Source: an uncultured Acidobacteriota bacterium (lineage in GTDB: Bacteria; Acidobacteriota; Blastocatellia; RBC074). Taken from it: a stretch of 64,000 bases of DNA. The stretch is taken from positions 96,001-160,000 of the forward strand of contig CAWCKY010000002.1 of NCBI GenBank assembly GCA_963796275.1, read 5' to 3'. The position numbers were made by a program, and so were the translations under genes. Below the pieces are notes generated by a model. That model did not search any database and was not told the DNA's origin. It was given only the letters and a program-made list of their open reading frames with translations. Positions 53,712-63,258 of the stretch are shown here, in pieces; positions within the stretch are counted from its first letter, which is position 1; every line of letters begins with the position of its first letter.

Positions 53712-54943
53712 AGGCCCGCCCTTCGATTCGTATTCTCAGGCTGCCTGCGCCCGACTACCTTGACTCCGTCTTGCAGCTTGTCAAACCCATCAACAGCGAC
53801 GATGTCGCCTGGGCTCACTCCCTCTACCGCTGTCACATTGCCCTCCGTTGTACCTACCGAGATATTGCGCATCGCAGCAGTCTGGTCGTGGTTCACCACG
53901 AACACATAGGCGCTCTGGGCGTTGCGCTGAATGGCCGCCGTTGGAACCAGAGTTGCTCCGCGTTGCGTCTCGATCAGGAGTCTCGCGTTCACGAACTGGT
54001 TCGGAAAAAGAGAATTGTCCTTATTCGGAAAGATCGACTTGAGCCTAATCGTCCCGGTGGTTGTGTCGATCAGATTGTCCAGGGTTAAGAGGGATCCGGT
54101 CGCAAGCCTCTTCTGTTGTGTGCGGTCAAACGCTTCAACCTCCAGACGGTGTCCCCGCCGCAACTGTTGCTGGATATTCGGCAGGTAGTCCTGAGCCACA
54201 CTGAAAATCACAGTGATCGGCTGAAGCTGTGTGATGACCAGTAGACCGCCTGTACCGCTCGCGGAGACGATATTGCCAGGGTCTACCAGTCGAAGGCCCA
54301 CGCGGCCTGAAATGGGCGAGGTGATGCGGCAATATGCAAGCTGTACCTTTGCGCTATCAACCTGCCCCTGATCGAACTTGACCGTACCTTCTAACTGGTG
54401 GACTGTTGCAACCTGGGTATCGAGCGTTTGTCTGGGTATCGCTTTCCTGGCATATGCCTCCTTGTAACGATCCAGGTCGATGTATGCGTTCTCCAACAAT
54501 GCTTTGTCGCGCGCAAATTGTCCTTCTGCTTGAGTCAGCTGTGCTTGAAAAGGCCTGGGATCGATCTCCGCCAAAAGATCGCCTTCGCGAACCATCTGCC
54601 CTTCTTGGTAGTTCACGCTCATGAGCTGTCCATCCACCCGGCTTTGGACTGTCACGGTATAGACCGGCGTCACCGTACCGAGGGCGTTGAGATAAACCCC
54701 GATATTGCCTTTCTCCGCAGCGGCTATAACGACAGCCACTGCCGGCCGGCTCGGAGCCGGATTGGCTTTCTTCATTTGCTCAGCCCTCTGACGTTGGAAG
54801 AGAAAGAACCCGCCGCCCCCTAAAAGGAGAGCTACGAGAAGCCAACCCCACCTGTGCCTCCTTCGTCGGGAAGGTTTATCCGGTGCTGTGTTGGGGACCG
54901 GAGGTGGCGATTGGTTGGAATCTGTTTGTGTGTCTTCGGGCAT
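53708..54943 (-). CDS. mdtA: MdtA-like periplasmic adaptor
   Basis: [37 protein letters not shown]; start uncertain. Confidence 0.9.
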   Translation of the reverse strand: MPEDTQTDSNQSPPPVPNTAPDKPSRRRRHRWGWLLVALLLGGGGFFLFQRQRAEQMKKANPAPSRPAVAVVIAAAEKGNIGVYLNALGTVTPVYTVTVQSRVDGQLMSVNYQEGQMVREGDLLAEIDPRPFQAQLTQAEGQFARDKALLENAYIDLDRYKEAYARKAIPRQTLDTQVATVHQLEGTVKFDQGQVDSAKVQLAYCRITSPISGRVGLRLVDPGNIVSASGTGGLLVITQLQPITVIFSVAQDYLPNIQQQLRRGHRLEVEAFDRTQQKRLATGSLLTLDNLIDTTTGTIRLKSIFPNKDNSLFPNQFVNARLLIETQRGATLVPTAAIQRNAQSAYVFVVNHDQTAAMRNISVGTTEGNVTAVEGVSPGDIVAVDGFDKLQDGVKVVGRRQPENTNRRAGL

Positions 54944-54984
54944 CTTCACAAAATTGAAGAGTGCGCAAATTAAGATGACTGGAA

Positions 54985-55548
54985 TCAACTACTTATTTCA
55001 TAGAGAAACCAGATACGACGCTCCGTTTGATCCAGGATTTCCTGTAACAAGTTGCTGGTCGGCGTATCACGGTTCTGCTCGCAGATTTCTATCGCCGCCC
55101 GCTGCATCTCAGCAATATGACGGTTATCATTGAGTAACTCTTCGATCATTTTGTCCGGAGGCACGAAATCCTGGTTGTCGTCCTCGATGGTCTGCAGCTG
55201 GCTGATGTGAGTGATGCTGCGGATCGTAGTCCCGCCTATTCGGCGCATCCTCTCAGCCAGAGGGTCGATAGATTCGAAGATGGCATCCGCTTGCTCGTCA
55301 AGCAGCAGGTGGTAGTCCCGATAATGCGAACTCGCAATGTGCCAGTGAAAGTTCTTTGTCTTGGCGTAAAGCGCAAACGCGTCGGCGATCAGCGGATTGA
55401 CCGCCTCGACAATTCGTTTCACTTCTTCCGGCTTGAGGTCGGTCGGTGTAGCGAGCTGCTTGGGGGCCGGATAGGATTTGACCTGTTCACCCTTTCTGGT
55501 TGATGCAGCCTGTTGAGATGTCGTTTTGTTTGCTGTACCGGTAGCCAT
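54985..55548 (-). CDS. dps: Dps DNA starvation/stationary-phase protection protein
   Basis: KTKNFHWH, HLLLDEQ, D.LAER, ERRIWFL. Confidence 0.95.
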   Translation of the reverse strand: MATGTANKTTSQQAASTRKGEQVKSYPAPKQLATPTDLKPEEVKRIVEAVNPLIADAFALYAKTKNFHWHIASSHYRDYHLLLDEQADAIFESIDPLAERMRRIGGTTIRSITHISQLQTIEDDNQDFVPPDKMIEELLNDNRHIAEMQRAAIEICEQNRDTPTSNLLQEILDQTERRIWFLYEISS

Positions 55549-55578
55549 GTCTTCTCCTCTCTATTGTGCGTGGTCTCT

Positions 55579-56151
55579 TTACATCTTCTCCGGTGGGGGC
55601 GGAAACTTCTCGAACATCTTCTTCACCCCCTCATCGATAGTCTTCGCGTTTTTCTGAGGGTTGCTGCTGACCGTCTTGGTAGAAGTCCCGCGCCAGATAT
55701 ATCTCTTCTCTGCCGTATCTCCGATGTCTACTATCAAATGACCCACCGGAATTTGTTCCACCTGAGTGATAGAATTGCCCATGCCTCCTCCCCAGCGTCC
55801 CCATCCTCGTCCCCAGCCCCAGCCGCCCAGGTAACTGGTGTTGAGCTGGGTTTGTTTGTCGACGGCGCAGTGATAGACGACGATCAAATCCGGATTACTC
55901 TCAACCATTGTCAATCCCTTCGCAGCAAGCTGACTCTCGATTGCCTCATGAATCCGCTGGTTCGTAAGCGTCTCCGGCGCGGGCGTGCCCTCGCCAAAGG
56001 AGTAAGTCTTGTACTTCGAGAAGTCGGTGTTCCTGTCGAAGTCTATGGTCACTTTTTGTGCGAATGCCGTCCCGGTCATCAGCCAGAAGCAGATGCCGAG
56101 CACGACTGTTAGAGAACTAATTACCTGCCTTCTATTCTTTGTTACATTCAT
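55579..56151 (-). CDS. DUF4136-like exported protein
   Basis: Signal peptide, DFSKYKTYSF, QLAAKGL, Gly/Trp-rich loop, G.LIVDI.D, IWRG. Confidence 0.8.
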   Translation of the reverse strand: MNVTKNRRQVISSLTVVLGICFWLMTGTAFAQKVTIDFDRNTDFSKYKTYSFGEGTPAPETLTNQRIHEAIESQLAAKGLTMVESNPDLIVVYHCAVDKQTQLNTSYLGGWGWGRGWGRWGGGMGNSITQVEQIPVGHLIVDIGDTAEKRYIWRGTSTKTVSSNPQKNAKTIDEGVKKMFEKFPPPPEKM

Positions 56152-56222
56152 CGCAAACCGTTCCCTTTCTTTAAGTTCTGCGGCCTCGCCGCAAATTGTC
56201 AATACAGTTAACTTCACCGATG

Positions 56223-56285
56223 ATCCTATCAGAGGGAACGCGAGGCATCTTTCTGAATTTTGTCGAGAGTTGCTGTTTCTTGCGA
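56223..56285 (-). promoter_or_regulatory. Shared operator-promoter copy 7 (DUF4136-dps-mdtABC)
   Basis: tcGCAAGAaacAGcaactctcgACAAAAttcagaAAGAT, 18-bp gap, TAGGAT; 40/46 identical to copy 1. Confidence 0.85.
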
Positions 56286-56302
56286 GATACTTAGATGTAT
56301 TG

Positions 56303-56722
56303 TCATTTCTGAGCAGGTTTGGCTGTTCGAGATAACGAAGTGAATATCTCGCCAATGAGAAATAGATCAGTGAGCAGAGCGCGGAGATGAATCGATGCGT
56401 TCAGGTTGTCAATCAACTGCGAACTGATGGCGGGTTGGGCCAGAACCAGCTCGATGGCGGCGAGCGAGTCGCGTGCGTCACGGTCTAAAACCCCAAGGAA
56501 CGCCTCGTATCGTTCGATCGGCTCAAGGCCCACCTCTTCGACTGCCCGCGCACAGCTAACAGCCAGCCCGGATAGCGCTTTGACGGCGCGCTGCAGGTAT
56601 TCGCGGGCTTGCCCACCTGACTTGCCGCTCTCGTCACCCGGAAGCCCTTGCGCAGCGTAAGCCAGCATGAACTCATAGCATTCTTCGATCGCGTTACAGC
56701 GCTCTCCAATTTCGGCTAACAT
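56303..56722 (-). CDS. Small helical hypothetical protein, last gene of the molybdoenzyme operon
   Basis: ATG lies 1 bp after the cytochrome b stop; IEECYEFMLAYAAQG...IDNLNASIHLRALLTDLFL. Confidence 0.7.
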   Translation of the reverse strand: MLAEIGERCNAIEECYEFMLAYAAQGLPGDESGKSGGQAREYLQRAVKALSGLAVSCARAVEEVGLEPIERYEAFLGVLDRDARDSLAAIELVLAQPAISSQLIDNLNASIHLRALLTDLFLIGEIFTSLSRTAKPAQK

Positions 56723-56723
56723 C

Positions 56724-57602
56724 TTATGGATTGCCCTCCGCCTCCCCCGCCCCCCCTGCTCTTTTGAAGGAAGTCGATGATGAAGTTGTAGTCTCGATGG
56801 CCCATCGCTCCGGATCGTGCTCTTCCAGATAAAATTCACGGCTCATCGAACCTACGATCATTGATTTCGTGATGGGGAGCTTTTCCGGTCGAACGGCAAA
56901 GTAGACGTGCACCATAACCAACGCGATCAGTCCCACGCCCGCCAGCCCGTGCATCACATAGATCAGCCCCCAGGTCATATCGCTGAAGAGATACGGATTG
57001 CGTGGGAAGAAGATCGTACGCACGCGAAACATCATAAACACTCCCGTGATGATCGCCGACAGGCCGGTGGCGATTATCGCGAGATGATAGAGCTTGTTGT
57101 CCAGGGGATATTTGGCGAATTTCCGCGGCGGCGGATATGCATATCCCAAAAACCGCCGAATCCTTCTCCAGGCGTCTCGCAAATCTATTTTGTCCGGCCA
57201 GATAGACCAGAAGTCCAGCCAAAAGGAGGCATGGATGATGTGAAAGAGAATGGAAGCGGTCAACACGGTCCCCGCGATCCAATGATAGGTCACCCAGTCA
57301 AACTGGTACCCCACTTTAGGCAGGAAGGCGGTGACCAGCAGCGTGAGCATTGAGGCTGCCATAATCCAGTGAAACAGCCGCGCGGCCAGCGAGTGCCTGG
57401 GAATCCGATCTGGTAACCGGTCCGCGAACTCCAGCGACTCACCTTCAGCAAACTCCCTATCCTTGGCGAAATACCGCACGTAGATGGCGTGAACGACGAG
57501 GAAGATCAATCCAGCGATCGCTGCCGCCCAGATCAAGAACCATGCAATGTGGATGGGTACATTCTCACCCCACGGACTAGTGGCCCACTCTATGATGTCC
57601 AT
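56724..57602 (-). CDS. Di-haem cytochrome b (formate dehydrogenase gamma/FdnI-like)
   Basis: RHS..ARLFHW, YHW, KY...KLYH, MH...VHVY, SMI.G....Y..EH; extra N-terminal TM. Confidence 0.85.
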   Translation of the reverse strand: MDIIEWATSPWGENVPIHIAWFLIWAAAIAGLIFLVVHAIYVRYFAKDREFAEGESLEFADRLPDRIPRHSLAARLFHWIMAASMLTLLVTAFLPKVGYQFDWVTYHWIAGTVLTASILFHIIHASFWLDFWSIWPDKIDLRDAWRRIRRFLGYAYPPPRKFAKYPLDNKLYHLAIIATGLSAIITGVFMMFRVRTIFFPRNPYLFSDMTWGLIYVMHGLAGVGLIALVMVHVYFAVRPEKLPITKSMIVGSMSREFYLEEHDPERWAIETTTSSSTSFKRAGGAGEAEGNP

Positions 57603-58615
57603 GTTACTTCCTCCACTCCGCCGATGGCGCGTTTCACCAGATTCCTCATCAGCGGGATCTTGTAAGCGTTGAACTGTAACGGGATTGCTCCCTGCACGGC
57701 TAGTCTCCCCGCCATCTCACCGGTCTCCGCGCTCGGCGGCTTGCCGCGAACTGCGTCTTCGACCGCCTTCAACCGCAGCGGACGAGCGGCCGCGCCGTTC
57801 ACCGCTATGCGGATTCGCTCGATCCTCTCTCCTGCTACCACCATGGCCGAGGCCACGTTCAACAAGGGAAAGTCCCACACGTTCCGGTCTCGCACTTTCT
57901 CAAAATAGAATTTCGCACCGTTCCCTGCGGACCATGTCGATGGAATCCTAATGGCTGTCAGAAGATCTCCCGGCTGCAAGATGTGCATTCGGGTGATGTC
58001 GATCTCCGGTCCGATGAAGTAGTCCTCGGCATCCACGACGCGCTCACCCTTCGGCGTCCGGATGGCGAATTTAGCGTCCAGTGCGATGAGTGCCGGAGCA
58101 GAATCGGACGGATTGACGGCCACGCAGCGGTCCGCGTGGAGAATCGCGTGCTCGCGGTTCCGGGCCGTCGGTGTGTCGGCATAGCAAATGTTCCCTCCGG
58201 CACGATAGCACGGCCAACCCGCCCGGTAATACCAGCAACGTGCGTCCTGCGACACATTGCCGCCGATCGTGCCCTGGTTCCTGATCTGCGGCGATGCTAC
58301 CAATTCCGCTCCCTGCGCCAGCAGACCGTAGTTTTGTTTGATGATCGGATTCTTCACCACTTCGGTGAGTGTGGTCATCGCGCCGATCTCGATGCCGTCA
58401 CGGGTTGTACGAACTCCCTTGAGTTCACCGATTCCGCTCAGATCGATCACCACCTTCGGTCTCTTGATACGATCCTTGAGCCAGTCGAAGCTATCCATCC
58501 CTCCGGCCAGTATCCAGGCATCTTGCCCATATTGTTCGAGAAGCTTCTGGGCATCAGCTACTGAGGCCGGTTGAAGCAGCTCGAAAGCGGGCATGACATC
58601 TCGTATTACAGCCAT
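57590..58615 (-). CDS. Xanthine dehydrogenase family FAD subunit (PaoB/YagS-like)
   Basis: AGG.D, ASPQIRNQGTIGGN, CWYYR...CY..GG..C...C (4Fe-4S insert), PSD, NAYK. Confidence 0.92.
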   Translation of the reverse strand: MAVIRDVMPAFELLQPASVADAQKLLEQYGQDAWILAGGMDSFDWLKDRIKRPKVVIDLSGIGELKGVRTTRDGIEIGAMTTLTEVVKNPIIKQNYGLLAQGAELVASPQIRNQGTIGGNVSQDARCWYYRAGWPCYRAGGNICYADTPTARNREHAILHADRCVAVNPSDSAPALIALDAKFAIRTPKGERVVDAEDYFIGPEIDITRMHILQPGDLLTAIRIPSTWSAGNGAKFYFEKVRDRNVWDFPLLNVASAMVVAGERIERIRIAVNGAAARPLRLKAVEDAVRGKPPSAETGEMAGRLAVQGAIPLQFNAYKIPLMRNLVKRAIGGVEEVTWTS

Positions 58616-58632
58616 GGCTCTCCTCAGGAAAT

Positions 58633-58712
58633 ATTTTTCAGTTTTCAGTTTTCAGTTTTCAGTTGCCGATCGAGACATCCCAAATGAAAACTGAAACTGA
58701 AAACGGGAAACT
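58633..58712. repeat. Palindromic heptamer element, copy 3
   Basis: (TTTTCAG)x4...TGAAAACTGAAACTGAAAAC. Confidence 0.85.
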
Positions 58713-61223
58713 TTAAATGAATGCCATCAAGGGATGCTGCATGGGCCGCCCCGCCTCCAACGATGTCAGAATGGTGTCGGCATTGACGGGGGCGCGCCGG
58801 AAGATATCGTCCCCTAGCGCATCCGAGAGGGCATTTAAGATAGAAGCACATCCGCCTCCAACAGGTGGTTCGCCTATACCGCGAGCGCCAACTGGCGTCT
58901 CCGGATCCGGGATATCCAGCGCCATCCATTGCATAGTGTGTGGTACATCCAGAATCGTCGGCGGCTTGTTTTGGTAGAAACGTGTGGAGACCATGATGCC
59001 GTAATGGGGATCGAAGACCCACTTCTGGCCGATCGCATGACCAATACCCAGCGTCGAGCGACCAAGCACCTGACCGCCGTGCGCGGCTGGGTGGATCACA
59101 GTCCCGGTGTCGGCAGATGCAAGGAAATCCACTATATAGTAATTGCCGGTCTCGAGATCGACCTCGACTTCGGCAAAGCTGGCGACATATGAATAGGTCA
59201 TACCGTCTCGCCCATAGTTGTCGCGAGCGGCCACAACCAGGCCCTGGCCAGCGAGTGCAGCCACCGACGCCCTGGTAAAACTGTTCACATCCGCGCTGGC
59301 TTCGTGTCCGTCGTAGATGCCACCCAGTTGAATGGCGCGCTGGGCAGCATGCGCCAAAGTCATGCCGGCGCCGCCCTTCCGAAAAACACGCTCGTTCGCG
59401 ACCTCGTAATCCTCCGGCCTGCCGCCGAGACTCATGGCGGCGATCTCCCGGAGCCGCTTCCTTGCCTCCATCGCCACCGCGTGTGCCGCCCGTGTCATCG
59501 CGTGAGTCGTCTGGCTGCCGCCGGAGACGCAGGTATACGGAAAGTTTTTCGAGGTGTCGCCCCAGACGACGTCGCACTTCTCCCACGGCACGCCGAGAAC
59601 CTCCGCGCCCACACGGTGAACGTCGATCACCGACTCCGTACCCAGGTTGCCGATTCCGGACAGGAATGAAACCCTGCCATCAGGATTGATAACTAACAGC
59701 CCGTCGAAGCCGATCGTGCCACCGACGTAACAGCTAAGCGATACACCGACACCACGCGCCTTCGAGCCGATTCGTTTAGGGTTGCGCGCTGCTCTCTCCT
59801 TCCATTTGAACTGTTCTGCGCCGCGGTCGAGCGCCTCCTTGAGGAATGCGCTCGTTGCATGCTGCCGCTTTCCCTGCACCTGGGGTCCGAACTCCGCCTT
59901 GCCCTCCGGACAGTTGATTCGGCGGATGGCGACCTGGTCGATCCCGAGCTTGCGCGCAGCATGCGCGATAATCGGTTCGATGATGGTAATCCCCTGCATT
60001 CCGCCAGGTGCGCTCTGCGCGCTCCGTGGCGGCGTGTTCGTCAGAACCGTCACACCGCGCCAGCGCATCGCTTGCGGTTGATACAGAAGAGAGACGATAC
60101 GACCCGACGTGGGAGCATCGCCCTGCGCGTCGTAGGGACCGTTATTGGAAATTACGAACATGTCGAGCGCCGTGATCCTCCCCTCCCTGGAGAAGCCCAC
60201 TTTCATTCGGCCTTGAAAACCGGGGCGCGCGCGTCCGATGAAGGTCTCCTCCTCGCGGCTAATGCGCATCATTACCGGGGCGTTGGCCTTCTTCGACAGG
60301 AGCGCTGGGATGATCATCGTGACTCCGCCGGTTATCTTGCTGCCGAAACCGCCACCTGTATATTCGCTGATAAAGACGACTTTGCTCTGGTCCATGTTCA
60401 ACCATCGGGCGAGGACAGGTAGTGTCCGAGCCGTGCTCTGAGTGCCCGAGTGAACGTAGACCTTGCCGTTCTGCCAGTAAGCCATTGCACTGCGCGGTTC
60501 GAGGGTCTGATGGCTGGTGTCCGGAGTAACGAACGTTTCATCGAGTATAAGCGCAGCATTCTTGAAACCCGCATCGAGGTCGCCGTACGCCCATTCGTCT
60601 GGCGCCTTGCCCATCGGCAACCGGCCGTCCTTGTACTCAGCGAAGTCCGCCTCGGTCCACTTGAGTTCCGCGACCAGGGGTAGCGATTGACCCTGCGGGG
60701 GGAGCCAGATGTTGCCGTCGGTTCTCGCGTTCGGCCCACCGGGACGAAGAGTCTCCAGTGGGTCGACGACGAACGGAAGACGCTCAAAATCGATGCGAAT
60801 TTTTTCGATCGCTTCCGCGGCTGTGAGCTCGTCAATCGCGGCCACAGCGAGGATCGGTTCACCCTGGTAGAGCGGCTCCATGGTGAGCGCCCGTTCAACC
60901 CACTTGCTGGCCTTGATCACTGTTCCATTATCTGTGAGCGTATCAGCTGGAGGTGGCAGATCATCCGCCGTCAGAATCGCTTTGACGCCGGGCATAGCGA
61001 GCGCCTCGCTCGTATCGATGCGCTTGATACGCGCATGCGGCAACGGGCTGAGCAATAGCTTGCAGAACAGCATGCCTTCGGCGCGATAGTCTTCGGCGTA
61101 CTTCGCCTTCCCCGTGACCTTCGCATAGAGATCGGCGGTCGTGTAGTTTTTGCCGATCAACTTGTACTGAGGCGCGTCTTTAGAACGCGCCGCTTTGACA
61201 GGCTCTCTTACCTTATCCGGCAC
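58713..61223 (-). CDS. Xanthine dehydrogenase family molybdopterin-binding subunit
   Basis: KVTGKAKY, SPLPHARI, GGGFGSK, SGGS, RGIGEP (catalytic Glu). Confidence 0.93.
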   Translation of the reverse strand: MPDKVREPVKAARSKDAPQYKLIGKNYTTADLYAKVTGKAKYAEDYRAEGMLFCKLLLSPLPHARIKRIDTSEALAMPGVKAILTADDLPPPADTLTDNGTVIKASKWVERALTMEPLYQGEPILAVAAIDELTAAEAIEKIRIDFERLPFVVDPLETLRPGGPNARTDGNIWLPPQGQSLPLVAELKWTEADFAEYKDGRLPMGKAPDEWAYGDLDAGFKNAALILDETFVTPDTSHQTLEPRSAMAYWQNGKVYVHSGTQSTARTLPVLARWLNMDQSKVVFISEYTGGGFGSKITGGVTMIIPALLSKKANAPVMMRISREEETFIGRARPGFQGRMKVGFSREGRITALDMFVISNNGPYDAQGDAPTSGRIVSLLYQPQAMRWRGVTVLTNTPPRSAQSAPGGMQGITIIEPIIAHAARKLGIDQVAIRRINCPEGKAEFGPQVQGKRQHATSAFLKEALDRGAEQFKWKERAARNPKRIGSKARGVGVSLSCYVGGTIGFDGLLVINPDGRVSFLSGIGNLGTESVIDVHRVGAEVLGVPWEKCDVVWGDTSKNFPYTCVSGGSQTTHAMTRAAHAVAMEARKRLREIAAMSLGGRPEDYEVANERVFRKGGAGMTLAHAAQRAIQLGGIYDGHEASADVNSFTRASVAALAGQGLVVAARDNYGRDGMTYSYVASFAEVEVDLETGNYYIVDFLASADTGTVIHPAAHGGQVLGRSTLGIGHAIGQKWVFDPHYGIMVSTRFYQNKPPTILDVPHTMQWMALDIPDPETPVGARGIGEPPVGGGCASILNALSDALGDDIFRRAPVNADTILTSLEAGRPMQHPLMAFI

Positions 61224-61869
61224 CGTTAGTCCTCCTCATTATCTCCGCGCCGCGCATTATCGCGGTGAGTATCTTGTCATAGTCCTGGCACCGGCAAAGG
61301 TTACCTGAAATGCCATGCGCCAATTCTGAGCGCGTGGGATTGGTGTTTGTTTTCAGGAACCCGACCGCCGACATAATGAAGCCCGACATACAGAATGCGC
61401 ACTGAAACCCTTGTTCCTCGACGATCCCCTGCTGCACCGGGTGCAGTGTTCCGTCGACGCGCGCCAGGCCCTCGATCGTCACAACTTTTCGGCCGCGCAC
61501 CGTGTGTGTGAGTATCGAGCACGAATAGTGGGGCACATCTTCAATGAGAACAGTACAGGCGCCGCATTCAGCGCGGTCGCAGCCGAGCTTGGTGCCAGTG
61601 AGGCCCAGCTTGTAACGCAGCGTCCACGCCAGCGTCTCTTGCTTCATAACATCGACTCGCCGCTGCTGGCCGTTGACGTTTACCGTGATCAGTCGCTCTC
61701 CTGCACCAGCGGCCGGTCTCTGGCCCGGTCCCTGGCTATGGATAAGAGTGGAGGCGCGGAACAGATAACTCGCTGAAGAAACTGCCGCGCCTCCAGCAAT
61801 GACCCCTTTGATGAAATTGCGTCTCGAAACTGACTTCGGAGTGTCATCGATTATCTTATCTGTCTTCAT
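61213..61869 (-). CDS. Twin-arginine (Tat) 2Fe-2S subunit (PaoA/YagT-like)
   Basis: SRRNFIK; GTKLGCDRAECGACTV, QCAFC, GNLCRC. Confidence 0.93.
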   Translation of the reverse strand: MKTDKIIDDTPKSVSRRNFIKGVIAGGAAVSSASYLFRASTLIHSQGPGQRPAAGAGERLITVNVNGQQRRVDVMKQETLAWTLRYKLGLTGTKLGCDRAECGACTVLIEDVPHYSCSILTHTVRGRKVVTIEGLARVDGTLHPVQQGIVEEQGFQCAFCMSGFIMSAVGFLKTNTNPTRSELAHGISGNLCRCQDYDKILTAIMRGAEIMRRTNGAG

Positions 61870-61909
61870 ATCTGGTTCATGTCTATCAATTCTGCCGTTT
61901 CAAAGCTTA

Positions 61910-61973
61910 TTTCTAGCAGAGGCAGGGTACCCGGGTCTTACATAAATTTGCGGCTAATTGCTCTCTTTTGCTA
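61910..61973 (-). promoter_or_regulatory. Shared operator-promoter copy 8 (molybdoenzyme operon)
   Basis: taGCAAAAgagAGcaattagccGCAAATttatgtAAGAC, 19-bp gap, TAGAAA (weaker -10). Confidence 0.75.
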
Positions 61974-62027
61974 GCTATCAATGGAGGACGCTTCTTTTGA
62001 AGGATGCTGGGGAAACAGGTAGGTAAG

Positions 62028-62113
62028 GTAGAAACAAAAAAGGCAGAAAAAAACAAAGGGAGAAAAAGGCTCTTTTTTCATTCTCTTTGCTTCTTTTTGC
62101 CTTTTTTTACTTA
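62028..62113. repeat. A-rich/T-rich imperfect inverted repeat
   Basis: AAAAAAGGCAGAAAAAAACAAAG...CTTTGCTTCTTTTTGCCTTTTTT, just after the TIGR03118 stop. Confidence 0.7.
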
Positions 62114-62130
62114 TGAAAGTATGCGCCTTG

Positions 62131-63258
62131 TCACCTGGCACTTTCAGCTGCGCCGCCCGGTGCTGAGACAGCTTCGATGCGTCCATAAAGTCCGCCATTC
62201 CCCTCATTGGGACCAGCGGTGAAGAACAGCACGTTGGTTGACTGCGCTAGAATCCCATTGCCGAAAGCAATCCCCCACAAACCTTCAATCCTGATCGGTT
62301 CGCCATTGCTATCGCGGAGTTGATCGATGAACTCGCCGGTCGCTACGTCAAACGCATTGATCCAGCCATCACCGAAATTTCCGACCAACAGTCGATTGCT
62401 GAAGCGTCCGAAATCGGCTGGAGCAATCGTAACTCCCCACGGTGCGTTGAGCGCACCGCGCGAAGCCACACGACGGATCAGATTTCCATTGGCATCGAAA
62501 ACATTGACGAATCCTAGCCCTGGACCCGGGACATCTTGCTCGGCATTCTCGTCCTGTTTGGCATAGGTCACGTAAAGATTGCCGTTGAGATTTTGAATGC
62601 CGAACGGCGCGAAGCCTTCGGGAATTTCGCTATCCTGGAATGAGCCGGTAAGCGTAGCCGGTTGAAAATTCGCATCGAAGACATCAATTTTGGCGTTGTG
62701 AAAATCGGCCGCGTAAAGGAAATTCGCATCGCCGTTGGACGCCAGCGCCAGTCCTGTATAAATAGCTCCTGAAGCCGAATTATTCACCGCCAGGATAGCA
62801 TTGGTGGGATTAACGCTCGGCGCCCAGCCAGAAATCGTGCCATCCAGGCTGGCGAAAATAAACACGCTCGTTGCAGGAGCGCCATCTCCTTGCTGCACGG
62901 CAAAATCGCCGGAGCCGTTGAAAACAATTCCGGTCGGTCGGCCTGGCGTCCCACCACCTGCGGCTGACGGGATTGCTACCACCAGCGTTTGCGGATTCCC
63001 CAGGCCATCATACAGAGATGCTTGGCCTGTGCCATTATCAGCCACCCAGACGAAGCCAGCCGGATTGAAAGACACGCCCCAGCCATTGATCAAATTCGGG
63101 TCAGTGTGAACAGCAGCAACGCTGCCGTCGGAAACGAGATTCTCGACGCGATACACATTCGGGCGATTATCAGTGACAAACTGCAAGACCAGACTCAACA
63201 GCAAAGACGAGGTTAGAACGGTTCGGTTTCTTACGAAAAAATTGGTGATTCGAGTCAT
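62131..63258 (-). CDS. TIGR03118 family protein
   Basis: NLVSD, DPNLINGWG, PTGIVFNG, YTGLA, APFGIQ, LNAPWG, LVGNFGDG, GLWG, FTAG; no PEP-CTERM tail. Confidence 0.88.
   Translation of the reverse strand: MTRITNFFVRNRTVLTSSLLLSLVLQFVTDNRPNVYRVENLVSDGSVAAVHTDPNLINGWGVSFNPAGFVWVADNGTGQASLYDGLGNPQTLVVAIPSAAGGGTPGRPTGIVFNGSGDFAVQQGDGAPATSVFIFASLDGTISGWAPSVNPTNAILAVNNSASGAIYTGLALASNGDANFLYAADFHNAKIDVFDANFQPATLTGSFQDSEIPEGFAPFGIQNLNGNLYVTYAKQDENAEQDVPGPGLGFVNVFDANGNLIRRVASRGALNAPWGVTIAPADFGRFSNRLLVGNFGDGWINAFDVATGEFIDQLRDSNGEPIRIEGLWGIAFGNGILAQSTNVLFFTAGPNEGNGGLYGRIEAVSAPGGAAESAR

Noticed and set aside
58713-61223. Aerobic CO dehydrogenase CoxL
   Set aside because: No AYxCSFR or AYRGAGR loop (has AQSAPG), and the small subunit carries a Tat signal
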